From Promethearchaeota archaeon (GTDB lineage Archaea > Asgardarchaeota > Lokiarchaeia > Sigyniarchaeales > SOKP01), in NCBI GenBank assembly GCA_011364925.1, contig RDOA01000001.1, positions 191,137-209,599 of the forward strand: a stretch of 18,463 bases of DNA, in the 5' to 3' direction. The notes under the pieces are model-generated. The model was not told the origin of the DNA, did no database searches, and saw only the letters and a program-made list of their open reading frames with translations. The position numbers were made by a program, and so were the translations under genes. The stretch's first letter is position 1. Each line of letters begins with the position of its first letter. This document shows, one piece after another, positions 1 to 9,196 of the stretch.

Positions 1-782
1 TTTCCAAATTCAGGTTTAGGCTTTCCAATAAATAGTAAAGACCACTTCACGTAAGAACCGTATTTCATTCCCCAATACTCCTTTTCGTGAGGCTCCCATA
101 AATAGTTGTGGCTTGGTTGAGCAATTTCGGGAACTTTCAAAAGCAGGAAATCTTTATTCATATCCGTAGTCTTAACATCTCCAGCAATGGCAGGGGGCAA
201 TTCTTCGACCTTGCTACAAGTCTGACCGTAAGCTTCACAGTAGCAGATTAAATTTGCTTTTTGTAAAAGTCTTATCTCAACTTGTTTAAGCTCCTGAGAT
301 GAAAAGTTAATTTTAATCGTCTCACCAGGACGATACACGTCTTTAGATAAGTTAATATTTAATCCTGAAATTGAAAGTGACAGAGGATTCGGTTTAATTA
401 TTTGCTGATCCGTACCTTTTGCCTTGATTTCAATTTTCTGGGTTTTATTAATTACTAAATCATCATCTGGATTAGTAGGATGAGGTTCTCTTAAGATTAA
501 TTTAATCTCGTATTCTAAATTCCTATTCTTAATGGTAGGAATAACATTATTCTTAATTAGAAACGATTTTTCTCGGATATATTCACCCTTTTCGAAGTAG
601 CCTTTCGAGAAAATATCTTCTTTAGTGATTTGTAGTTCCTTTAAACAAGGAGGATGAGTCAACAGGCGGATGCCAGACCATAAAATTAACGAGTCTTCGT
701 CAAAATTAAAAGTGGTTCTAACTTTTAGCTTATCCCCTAAGTAAACATATCCGTTGTTCAAATCACTAAGGCTTAATTTCAT
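1..782 (-). CDS. Arrestin-fold (arrestin/Vps26-like) protein, 3' end cut by window edge; absent from ORF track
   Basis: Manual translation from ATG at 782 stays open to position 1: MKLSLSDLNNGYVYLGDKLKVRTTFNF...IPTIKNRNLEYEIKLILRE...LNINLSKDVYRPGETIKINF...VEIRLLQKANLICYCEAYGQTC...LLKVPEIAQPSH...YVKWSLLFIGKPKPEFG. The two beta-rich halves each begin with the arrestin-type 'xxY/VxxG(D/E)xI' motif and end with 'P(S/T)...Y/WxL'. In-frame TTG codons at 797 and 806 are alternative starts. Confidence 0.75.
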   Translation of the reverse strand, partial: MKLSLSDLNNGYVYLGDKLKVRTTFNFDEDSLILWSGIRLLTHPPCLKELQITKEDIFSKGYFEKGEYIREKSFLIKNNVIPTIKNRNLEYEIKLILREPHPTNPDDDLVINKTQKIEIKAKGTDQQIIKPNPLSLSISGLNINLSKDVYRPGETIKINFSSQELKQVEIRLLQKANLICYCEAYGQTCSKVEELPPAIAGDVKTTDMNKDFLLLKVPEIAQPSHNYLWEPHEKEYWGMKYGSYVKWSLLFIGKPKPEFG

Positions 783-977
783 GAGATCTGCTCTCAATAA
801 TGTCAAAAAGAAACTATTGATTACTAAGTTAATTAATATTAATTGTAGAACTCTATTAATATTTTTTTTTACTATCTAATGTAAATTACAAACTATTAAA
901 ACTTTATTTCTAACCATTTTATACTTGTTTGAGAAAAATAAATAACAAATTATAATTGCTACTGTGATTTAGATTTA

Positions 978-985
978 TTATAAAG
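978..985 (+). promoter_or_regulatory. Putative archaeal TATA box for the HAD gene (leaderless transcript)
   Basis: TTATAAAG ends about 25 nt upstream of ATG 1011. The region is very AT-rich, so specificity is low. Confidence 0.3.
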
Positions 986-1010
986 CATTTATTTCAATTC
1001 TTTTATAATT

Positions 1011-1706
1011 ATGGGACAACTTAAAGCAATTCTATTCGATTTAGATGGCACTTTATTAGATGTCGATTTAGATAAATTCATCCCAGGATACTTGAATTTA
1101 ATAGCAGATAGCTTAGCACATTTAATTCCCCCGAAAAAAGTTGTTAGAGCTTTACTTAAAGTATCTGAAATCATTAACCGTAACGACGGGAAGATAACCA
1201 ATGAAGAAGCGTTTATCAAATCTTTTTTCCCCCTTGAGGGTTATAATAGGGAGGATCTTGAACCTATATTTGACAAATTCTATGAAAATAAATTCCAAGA
1301 ATTACGGAAATTCACTAGGAAGAAACCAGAAGCTCGAAAGGTTATGGAAACCGCTTTTAATAATGGTTACAAGGTAGCTATTGCAACAACACCAGCATTA
1401 CCATTAACCGCTATGGAACAACGCCTTGATTGGGCTGGAGTTGGCGATTTTCCATATGATCTTATAACAAGTGTTGAAAATTCGTACGCTACAAAACCAA
1501 ATCTTCTCTACTATGAATTGATATTCAAATATCTTAACGTATCTGCTCAAGAAAGCATTATGGTCGGGGATGAGGATAAAGATATGGTTTGTGCCAAGTT
1601 AGGCTCTCAGACATTTCTAGTAAATAGTCCAAGCACAGATTTGAAAGAAGACACTCCCAAACCTACTTATAATGGAGAACTAAAAGATCTATTGGACATT
1701 TTGTAA
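1011..1706 (+). CDS. HAD-superfamily hydrolase (phosphoglycolate-phosphatase-like, class IA)
   Basis: Motif I FDLDGTL, motif II IATT, motif III KP, motif IV MVGDEDKD. Confidence 0.92.
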   Translation: MGQLKAILFDLDGTLLDVDLDKFIPGYLNLIADSLAHLIPPKKVVRALLKVSEIINRNDGKITNEEAFIKSFFPLEGYNREDLEPIFDKFYENKFQELRKFTRKKPEARKVMETAFNNGYKVAIATTPALPLTAMEQRLDWAGVGDFPYDLITSVENSYATKPNLLYYELIFKYLNVSAQESIMVGDEDKDMVCAKLGSQTFLVNSPSTDLKEDTPKPTYNGELKDLLDIL

Positions 1707-1721
1707 TCTCTTATAAAAAGA

Positions 1722-1727
1722 AGGAGG
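1722..1727 (+). promoter_or_regulatory. Shine-Dalgarno site AGGAGG for the TTG start at 1737
   Basis: Perfect AGGAGG 9 nt upstream of the TTG. Confidence 0.6.
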
Positions 1728-1736
1728 AACACCTAT

Positions 1737-2681
1737 TTGAAAGGAAATAATCATAAGATTTTACCTTTTAATAATTTTAATATTAAAGAGATATCAAAGG
1801 ATAACATTCTTAATATACATCAATTGTTTGAAAAGAATTCCCGCTTTTTTTCATTACCATTTGACTATTTTCAGAGAGGAACTCTAGAAGACGACGGTTT
1901 GGATCGTAATTTGTCTCTAATACTATATGATCAAAAAGAAGACAGACCAATTGCAGCGGTTCTCGTTGTTAGGAGAAAAGAAATTGATGAAAAGTATTGC
2001 TTCTTTAAAGGCTACGTAGTTTCCGCGCAATATAGGCGCCAAGGGCTTGGTTCCAAGATGTTTTCGGAGTTGGTAAAGCGATTAAGAGAAGATGGTATAA
2101 CTCAAATAATCTACGGACCCAGCGTTCCAAATTATTGGCAACCAGGTGTGGATATTCGCGATACTAGTCTCTATTTCTTTTTGAAAAGACACGGATTTAA
2201 ATCAAGTAGAGCTATTTATAATCTCACGGTTCCATTGAATACAATTAATAAGGAACCTGCGAAGGAGAAAGATGGATATATTTTCGAGCGCGTTCTGCCT
2301 AACGATTTTAATAAAACAATCGAGTTTATAAAAAAGCTTTTTCCTAATAACACCTGGGCTGACGAAGTCAAATTCTCGTTAAAACTTCAACCTCCTACGA
2401 CCTTTATTGCAAAAAATGAGACAATGGAGATCGTTGGATGGGCAACTCATAGTCAATTTTTCCCAGGCTCGTTTGGACCAACTGGAGTTGAGCCATCTAT
2501 ACGTGGGAAAGGGATCGGAACTAAACTCTTCTTATGGTGCTTATGGGACATCAAACAAAAAGGATTGGATACTTGTGAAATTATGTGGGTTGAAGGAGAC
2601 ACGATCAAATTCTACTCAAAAGCAACTGGAGCGTATATTTCACCCATATATTATCCAATGTATAAAAAGATAAAATATTAA
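1737..2681 (+). CDS. Tandem (two-domain) GNAT N-acetyltransferase
   Basis: Two acetyl-CoA-binding motif A copies, VSAQYRRQGLGSKM and GVEPSIRGKGIGTKL, followed by FLKRHGF and FYSK. Confidence 0.9.
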   Translation: MKGNNHKILPFNNFNIKEISKDNILNIHQLFEKNSRFFSLPFDYFQRGTLEDDGLDRNLSLILYDQKEDRPIAAVLVVRRKEIDEKYCFFKGYVVSAQYRRQGLGSKMFSELVKRLREDGITQIIYGPSVPNYWQPGVDIRDTSLYFFLKRHGFKSSRAIYNLTVPLNTINKEPAKEKDGYIFERVLPNDFNKTIEFIKKLFPNNTWADEVKFSLKLQPPTTFIAKNETMEIVGWATHSQFFPGSFGPTGVEPSIRGKGIGTKLFLWCLWDIKQKGLDTCEIMWVEGDTIKFYSKATGAYISPIYYPMYKKIKY

Positions 2682-3919
2682 ATTCGCAGCGCTTTTATCA
2701 ATGTTGGGACGAGTTTCACACTATTTTTAATACCTAGAAGTTTTACTAATTTCCACTTGCGAGACATCATAACATCCCAGCTGTGTTTTCTGGTTTCGCT
2801 TCCTGTAAACAATGAGATTGTCGATTGCATCATTTCTGGATCGTCTTGAGCCATAGTATAAGCTGCTTCGATAATTCGTTCCAACAAACCACTGTGATAT
2901 AATAGGTGATGGAACTTATAGGAATACCTCAATTCTTCTTGGTAGAGATATTTCATTAGAAGTTCGTGGTATTTCGAAAGGCTCGCGTCTCCAAAATCTT
3001 CTTTTTCATACGCTTGATAAAATACTTCTGCCGCGATTTTTCCAGAGAGGCGAGCTTGATAAATCCCTTCGTACAAGATAGGATCTGCAGTTCCACAAGC
3101 GTCTCCAACAACCATAACTCTGTCACGATAAGGTTTCATGATTATTCGGTCTGGTATAGGAGCGGCCCACACTTTACGCCCTCCAAATACTCTCATTTTC
3201 CTTCCTTCAATTTTTTCTTTTATGAACGGATTTTTGAGAAATGCTTCAAAATGGTTCATTTTAGCTCCTTTCCCTAAAACCCCCACGCTTAATGTCTGAC
3301 TTTTTGGAAAGACCCAGGCAATCCCGTGTTCAATTAAGTCGCGATTAAAGAATTCCCACACTCGGTTGCCAAATTGTTCGTCTACTATTGATTCTGGAAC
3401 ATCAATCTCAGCTTGTATTCCGTTTACCATCGGTGGTACCTCCAATCCAAGATTTCTTTGGAGTATACCACCCCCCAATCCAGTTGCTAGGATCACGCAT
3501 TCGCTTTGGAACTCTTGGGGCCCTATTATTTTAACAGCATTGCCTTTATTAATCTCAATTCTTTTTACACGGGCTCCATACATTATTTGAGCTCCCGCGT
3601 CTTGTGAAACGTCTAGGAGATACTTGTCGAAATCGGTTCGAAACATGCAATAACCCTTGTTTTCTTTCCCAGAAGCTTCGAATTCCATTGGTCCACTTTT
3701 TGGAGTAAATAAAACGCCTCCGGTAATCTCACGTTCACCAACTCCTTTAGGAATCGGTGTAAAATCCTCGTTTCTTATAGGAATCCCTCCTGCACAGCAC
3801 TTGTATCTACTCTCTTCTGCGGCTTCAATTAAAAGTACCTTTACACCACTCTCTGCTGCAATTTTTGCAGCTGTTGCTCCACCAGGGCCACCACCGACTA
3901 TGACCAAGTCATACTTCAT
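2678..3919 (-). CDS. Geranylgeranyl reductase family FAD-dependent oxidoreductase
   Basis: YDLVIVGGGPGG Rossmann motif, KCCAGGI, RTDFDKYL, AWVFPK and VGDACGTADPILYEGI. ATG at 3919 is preferred to the TTG at 3934 in the track. Confidence 0.88.
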   Translation of the reverse strand: MKYDLVIVGGGPGGATAAKIAAESGVKVLLIEAAEESRYKCCAGGIPIRNEDFTPIPKGVGEREITGGVLFTPKSGPMEFEASGKENKGYCMFRTDFDKYLLDVSQDAGAQIMYGARVKRIEINKGNAVKIIGPQEFQSECVILATGLGGGILQRNLGLEVPPMVNGIQAEIDVPESIVDEQFGNRVWEFFNRDLIEHGIAWVFPKSQTLSVGVLGKGAKMNHFEAFLKNPFIKEKIEGRKMRVFGGRKVWAAPIPDRIIMKPYRDRVMVVGDACGTADPILYEGIYQARLSGKIAAEVFYQAYEKEDFGDASLSKYHELLMKYLYQEELRYSYKFHHLLYHSGLLERIIEAAYTMAQDDPEMMQSTISLFTGSETRKHSWDVMMSRKWKLVKLLGIKNSVKLVPTLIKALRI

Positions 3920-4054
3920 ATTAAAGCACTTCAAATAAAAAAAATAATTTAGTTTATAATTAATTTATTTACTATTATAAAACTGTGGATATTAAAGTAG
4001 AGCTTAATTTACATCAATGACTACAAAAACTAACATTAACGATGTGCTATTAGG

Positions 4055-6730
4055 ATGAGTAAGAAAGCTTTTGGTTCAGGGTATTTTGGAGAATGGATCG
4101 AGGACGAATTTGGATTACCCGCTTATCGTTATACTTGCGATCAAATAAGCGATCCTAAAGCAATAACCCCAATGAACGAACAATGGCGTGCTAATACAGA
4201 ACATTTGCACCAAGTTGGAAACGATAGAATCGTTGGAGTAGCTTCGAATTATGGCCACATACAAGTTAGACAAGACGAAGGAAGCCCCAAGTACTTAAAT
4301 GAATTTTACCCCGAACAGAGGCAGTACGCCGGAGGGTTTGGTTATCTAACCGACGGTGATAAATTTTTGAGTACGTTCTATCCCGGTAATGCGGACTCTT
4401 TCCAGAGAACCTTTGGGATTGGGTATTACCGAAAAAAGGTGATTGGACATAAGTATGTGGTGGATCAAATCGTTTTCGCTCCCTTCGGGGACGATCCAGT
4501 TTTAGGCTCTCAAGTAAAAATAACGAATAATGGAGATAAACCCGTTGATTTACGATGGATCGAGTATTGGGGCTGTTATATGTATCAATTTTCATCGTCT
4601 GCGTTTGCTTCCATCCTTATAGGCAAACCAAGTAAATTTCCAAGAGACATTCGCCACGATTTCAGCGATAGATTTAAGCACGAGTTTAATGTAATTCCTA
4701 ATCAAGTAGGGCTTATCAATAACCAAAATTTAGAAGATTTAAAAGAAGCATTTGATCCAACTTACCTTAAACCTACTTTTGTGGATAATTTCCCCCCTAA
4801 AACATTCTTAGTCTCTTTAGATAAGGAAGCTGACGCTTTTACGACAAATGGAGCAATATTTTTTGGAGAAGGCGGTGTAGAAGCACCAGATGGTTTGAAC
4901 GCTAAATTAACTAATGATATTAATTCTACTGGAATTGAAAGTGCCATGCTTTTGGAGCAAGAAATAAGACTTAATCCCGGTAAGAGTCAAACTTTATCCT
5001 TTCTTTATGGTTATGTCCCTGAAAGTTTCGAACTAGAATCCTTAATTATAAAGTACAAAGAAAATAAGTCGAAAGTATTCGAGCAATCGTGCCAGCAATG
5101 GAAGTCCAACAGAATGGAATTACAACTTCAAGAAGAACCTTGGGTTAACAGAGAACTTTTCTGGCACTACTATTACTTGCGAGGAGCGATGACTTACGAT
5201 AGCTTTTTCAAAGAGCACATTCTTTCCCAAGGACATGTCTATCAGTATATAATCGGTTTTCAAGGAGCCGCACGAGATCCACTACAACACGCTTTACCCT
5301 TTGTTTATTCTGATCCTTCTATCGTAAAAAATGTAATTAGATATACCCTAAAAACTGTCCGTAAAAATGGAGAAATTCCATGGGGAATCACCGGGTGTGG
5401 TCAAATATTGCCCGTCCCACTTAAACCGAGCGATCAAAGTTTATGGTTACTTTGGTTAATAAGTGAATATGTGCTTGGGACGAGAGATGCGGAGTTTCTT
5501 GATGAAGAAATCTCCAGATATCCTTGCTATGGTTCGAGGGTAGAAGTAGTTACAGTTAAAGAAATCGTCGCACGTTGCTATAATCACATTACAAAGAAAA
5601 TAGGAATAGGTCAACATGGGTTGCAACGATTATCTAACGGCGATTGGAACGATAATGTTGTATTTGGCCACATTTCGCCAGAAAAACATAAAGAGATTCA
5701 AGAAGTCGCAGAAAGCGTTTTGAATGCTTCAATGGCGATATATGTTCTTAGCATGTATTCCAACATGCTAAAGTTTGTAAACGAGGATGAGATGGCTGAA
5801 AATGTTCTGAAATACTCCAACTTTCAGCGGGAAGCCGTAAAAGCTCAATGGAATGGAAATTGGGTTAAAAGAGCTTGGTTAACCGAAGATTTAGGTTGGA
5901 TTGGGGACGATCAAATGTGGTTAGAACCGCAACCTTGGGCCATAATTGGAAACGCTTTAAGTGATGACCAAAAATTAAAATTAGTTCACAATATAGATAA
6001 TCTAATGCGAAAACCATCAAAAATTGGCGCATTAATCCTAAATAAGGGACTTAATGTGCAATATCCGCCCGGACAAGGAACTAACGGTGGTATATGGCCG
6101 TCTATTAACGGTATTTTAATTTGGGCATTATCCTTAGTAAACGGTGAGATGGCCTGGGATGAATGGAAAAAAAATACTTTGGCTTACCACGCAGAGAATT
6201 ATCCCAATGTTTGGTATGGTATCTGGAGTGGACCAGATACCTATAACTCGAGCATGTCGAAATATCCGGGTCAAACCGCATTTAACGAAGCAGTGCTTAC
6301 GGAAAAAGTAATCCCACTCAATGTAGAAGTAAATTTGGGCTTTGAAACAATTAACTGGACTGATTTTCCCGTTTTCAACTTACACCCTCACGCGTGGCCT
6401 TTATATGACATAATACGCCTATTAGGAATTACTTTCACCCCTGAAGGTGTAGAATTAAGACCTAAACTCCCCCAAGAAAGCTTTAAGTTTAGTTCTTCCC
6501 TTATCGGATTAGAAAAGACTAATAACGGATACTCTGGGTGGTATAATCCACAAAAAGAAGGAATTTGGAAAATCTCGTTAGAATTGAGTGAGAATGAACG
6601 TGAAACTCTTGATTCTGCGTTAATAAATGGAATCGAAGCGAAGGTTACTACAATGGGGGATCGAATCGTCTTAACCGGAAATAGCAAATTTGGTAAACCT
6701 TTATCTTGGGAAATACAATTCAAAAAATAA
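4055..6730 (+). CDS. GH94-like (cellobiose phosphorylase-related) glycoside phosphorylase/hydrolase
   Basis: 891 aa. N-terminal beta-sandwich-type region (HQVGNDRIVGVASNYGH, VKITNNGDKPVDL), then GAARDPLQH, the catalytic-type GDWND motif (5639-5653) and TNGGIW. Confidence 0.8.
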   Translation: MSKKAFGSGYFGEWIEDEFGLPAYRYTCDQISDPKAITPMNEQWRANTEHLHQVGNDRIVGVASNYGHIQVRQDEGSPKYLNEFYPEQRQYAGGFGYLTDGDKFLSTFYPGNADSFQRTFGIGYYRKKVIGHKYVVDQIVFAPFGDDPVLGSQVKITNNGDKPVDLRWIEYWGCYMYQFSSSAFASILIGKPSKFPRDIRHDFSDRFKHEFNVIPNQVGLINNQNLEDLKEAFDPTYLKPTFVDNFPPKTFLVSLDKEADAFTTNGAIFFGEGGVEAPDGLNAKLTNDINSTGIESAMLLEQEIRLNPGKSQTLSFLYGYVPESFELESLIIKYKENKSKVFEQSCQQWKSNRMELQLQEEPWVNRELFWHYYYLRGAMTYDSFFKEHILSQGHVYQYIIGFQGAARDPLQHALPFVYSDPSIVKNVIRYTLKTVRKNGEIPWGITGCGQILPVPLKPSDQSLWLLWLISEYVLGTRDAEFLDEEISRYPCYGSRVEVVTVKEIVARCYNHITKKIGIGQHGLQRLSNGDWNDNVVFGHISPEKHKEIQEVAESVLNASMAIYVLSMYSNMLKFVNEDEMAENVLKYSNFQREAVKAQWNGNWVKRAWLTEDLGWIGDDQMWLEPQPWAIIGNALSDDQKLKLVHNIDNLMRKPSKIGALILNKGLNVQYPPGQGTNGGIWPSINGILIWALSLVNGEMAWDEWKKNTLAYHAENYPNVWYGIWSGPDTYNSSMSKYPGQTAFNEAVLTEKVIPLNVEVNLGFETINWTDFPVFNLHPHAWPLYDIIRLLGITFTPEGVELRPKLPQESFKFSSSLIGLEKTNNGYSGWYNPQKEGIWKISLELSENERETLDSALINGIEAKVTTMGDRIVLTGNSKFGKPLSWEIQFKK

Positions 6731-6744
6731 AGAATCTTCCAAAT

Positions 6745-7923
6745 TTAGTTAGAATCTAAAGGTGGTAGCGGAGGAACCTCAAAATCATTCCAATTTTCCA
6801 CTGTTGGATAATCCCACCAATGGTCGGGAATTTTTGAGTAATCACCATATTTTTCAATTCCTTTAGAAAACGCTTTGATGTTTTTCCTTGGTACGTTGAT
6901 TACTTTGGCATCGTCGTAAAAGTATGCTCCATAACCTCCCTCTTTTGTTCCCAAATTCCGCACCATATGCCAGACTTCTCTCTCTATTTCTTCTGGCGTT
7001 CCTTTCCAATAGAGAGATTGAATATTTACACAGCCCCAAAACATAATTTTTCCCCTGTATGGCTTCAAGTCGGTGTATCCGCTCATTCTAGGGCTATCAA
7101 ATTGAATTCCGTTTAATCCCCATTTAATCAAAACTGGTAACAAGGGATCAACTTTTCCACAGCAATGTAGATGAACATCTAAACCTAAATCGTGAGCTAC
7201 ATCGAACATTCTTTTATACGAAGATTCGTAAAACGATTCAAACATTTTCGGGCTTAGAAAAGGACCACGCTGTTCCCCGAGATCATCCGTTAACCAAAAG
7301 CCATGGGGTTCTAATCCAAACTTTATTGAATTCTTTATCAACTGTATATGATAATCTGCAATGTGTTCAAGTAGTCTTTTTAATTGAGTAGGATTTTTTT
7401 TATGATCTATTAAATAGTTATTAAATCCACGTATATATGAAGCGAGTTGCGTCGGACCATGATACATTGGTGTAATTACACGATATTTTTCAGGATCAAT
7501 CTTCTCTTTTAAATCAAAAGCCAGTCTAAACCTAGATTTATCTGAGGGACTAGGAGTATATTTCTCAATATATTTCTCATAATTTTTCCAATCTGGTAAC
7601 GCAGCCCTTCCAGGATGCCCCTGACTTATGTCATTTCCCTGCATGTTCCATATACAACCCCAACCATCAACCTCTTCATGCGGTATTGTTCTCCATTTAC
7701 TCCCCTCAAATTCTGGTTTTTTAGCCCAATCAGGCCTTTCCCATCTATGAAATCCTCTTGTATGAGGAAATAACATTTCTTCTCCTTCTTTCCATCCCGG
7801 TTTCCAATTATTAGAAAAGGTCAATGGTAAGGGCAAGACATCGCCACCTACTAAATTAAAAACTGGAACTTTATCTGGACGATTAAAATAGAGTGCTGCT
7901 TTTACCCGTTCTATAGAATTCAT
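6745..7923 (-). CDS. Uroporphyrinogen decarboxylase / MtaA-CmuA superfamily protein
   Basis: MNSIERVKAALYFNRPDKVP N-terminus, DGWGCIW, DDLGEQRGPFLSP, LHCCG and GTPEEIEREV...GGY. Confidence 0.85.
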   Translation of the reverse strand: MNSIERVKAALYFNRPDKVPVFNLVGGDVLPLPLTFSNNWKPGWKEGEEMLFPHTRGFHRWERPDWAKKPEFEGSKWRTIPHEEVDGWGCIWNMQGNDISQGHPGRAALPDWKNYEKYIEKYTPSPSDKSRFRLAFDLKEKIDPEKYRVITPMYHGPTQLASYIRGFNNYLIDHKKNPTQLKRLLEHIADYHIQLIKNSIKFGLEPHGFWLTDDLGEQRGPFLSPKMFESFYESSYKRMFDVAHDLGLDVHLHCCGKVDPLLPVLIKWGLNGIQFDSPRMSGYTDLKPYRGKIMFWGCVNIQSLYWKGTPEEIEREVWHMVRNLGTKEGGYGAYFYDDAKVINVPRKNIKAFSKGIEKYGDYSKIPDHWWDYPTVENWNDFEVPPLPPLDSN

Positions 7924-8034
7924 AACTTTTTATTTAAACTTGTTAAAATCATTTAATTTACTTTTATTTTAGAAATTTAGCAAATTTGAAAATTAGGAAG
8001 AAAAATGTTCTTAATCGAGAATATTAGATGTTTG

Positions 8035-8166
8035 TTACAAATTAGGATCTTTAGATTCCCTTAATTCTTCTTTACATTCTTGAGGGGCATTTTTGTCGAT
8101 TTTCGATTTTACACATTCTTCGCAATACTTTAACCAAACATCTTTCTGGGAGTTTTTACCATCCAT
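8035..8166 (-). CDS. Small 43-aa hypothetical protein with CxxC motif; below ORF-track cutoff
   Basis: MDGKNSQKDVWLKYCEECVKSKIDKNAPQECKEELRESKDPNL*. Sits in an otherwise empty gap of about 450 bp, co-oriented with both neighbours, with protein-like composition. Confidence 0.5.
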   Translation of the reverse strand: MDGKNSQKDVWLKYCEECVKSKIDKNAPQECKEELRESKDPNL

Positions 8167-8379
8167 GTCTGCTCAACAAGTTAAGTATTAAAACTCATTA
8201 ATAGAATGTTATTACTTTATTTTAAAGTTTTTTAAATTCCCACTTTTTGTACAATAGGGGAGAACATCCTAACAAACACAAGCATATATAATAATATCAT
8301 TATAGAGAAAGGGGGAGGGGGGAGTGAAACTAAAATTAAAAAATTTAAGAAAAGCCATTTAGAGAGATAAAACCGTGTA

Positions 8380-9078
8380 TTAATAATCAAAGAGGAGAGC
8401 TCTTCCTTTGTTACCTACAACTTTAATAATTTCCATTTTACGCAAACAATAACTCATCTTTCGCGCTAATCTTATAGGTTTTTCAAGTAATTCTGCCAGT
8501 TCAGCATTAGTAAAAGGAGGTTTGATGCTTGAAGGTTTTAACATAAGAAAGTCGATTGGCGAATAAAGGATTTTTCTCTCTAATACGTTTACTAACCTTC
8601 TATCTTGGATACTCCATCCATTTCTTCTCCAACTTCCTTTTCCATCGTTAACGCGAAATTCTTCAATTTGAACCAAGAGCAATTCTATTGTGAGATTTGG
8701 ATTAGCGATTAAATCGGGAATTCGAATTAGTTCCTCAAAAATATCTATATAGGAATGATGTGCTGGAGACAATCTTTTGCGGATTACCTTGTTCAATTGT
8801 TGATCGATGGAAATAATCCATTTATCTTGGACAATGGGATGGATTAATAAGATTCTATGATTCTTAAGTAATGTCTCAAGTTTTTTCCTAATCATAGAAA
8901 AATTCTTGATTTGTATCTCAATGAGGAGATCTTTTCTTAAGATATCGATAACAAAATTTTCTATTGGTACCTCGAGTTGATCCCCCTGTTTTCTATACCA
9001 TAATTTTAGATTGGAATGAAGAGTACTCTCGCGTAAAGTACCAATGCTATTGACGCCACCTAAGACTTTTCCGTTCAC
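8380..9078 (-). CDS. Hypothetical PD-(D/E)xK-like nuclease with C-terminal winged HTH
   Basis: ESTLHSNLK...EVPIENFVIDIL...LIEIQ fits the E...D...ExQ restriction-like core. C-terminal PFTNAELAELL...ARKMSYCLRKMEIIKVVG has a wHTH pattern. Confidence 0.65.
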   Translation of the reverse strand: MNGKVLGGVNSIGTLRESTLHSNLKLWYRKQGDQLEVPIENFVIDILRKDLLIEIQIKNFSMIRKKLETLLKNHRILLIHPIVQDKWIISIDQQLNKVIRKRLSPAHHSYIDIFEELIRIPDLIANPNLTIELLLVQIEEFRVNDGKGSWRRNGWSIQDRRLVNVLERKILYSPIDFLMLKPSSIKPPFTNAELAELLEKPIRLARKMSYCLRKMEIIKVVGNKGRALLFDY

Positions 9079-9196
9079 AGTGTCATGATCATCAATAATT
9101 GAATTAAAAAGGATGTAATATTGTCATAAGAAATTTTAATTTCTAACAATAATTTGAATGAATTAGAAGTAATTAGCGTTAAATTGATGGAATAAA

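Noticed and set aside
1011-6730. HAD, GNAT and GH94-like genes as a single sugar-utilisation operon
   Set aside because: Interrupted by the oppositely oriented GGR gene, and no transporter or regulator is present.
6745-7923. Naming this gene hemE or mtaA
   Set aside because: It lacks the HemE RQAGR motif and the third Zn-binding Cys of MtaA, so only a superfamily call is supportable.
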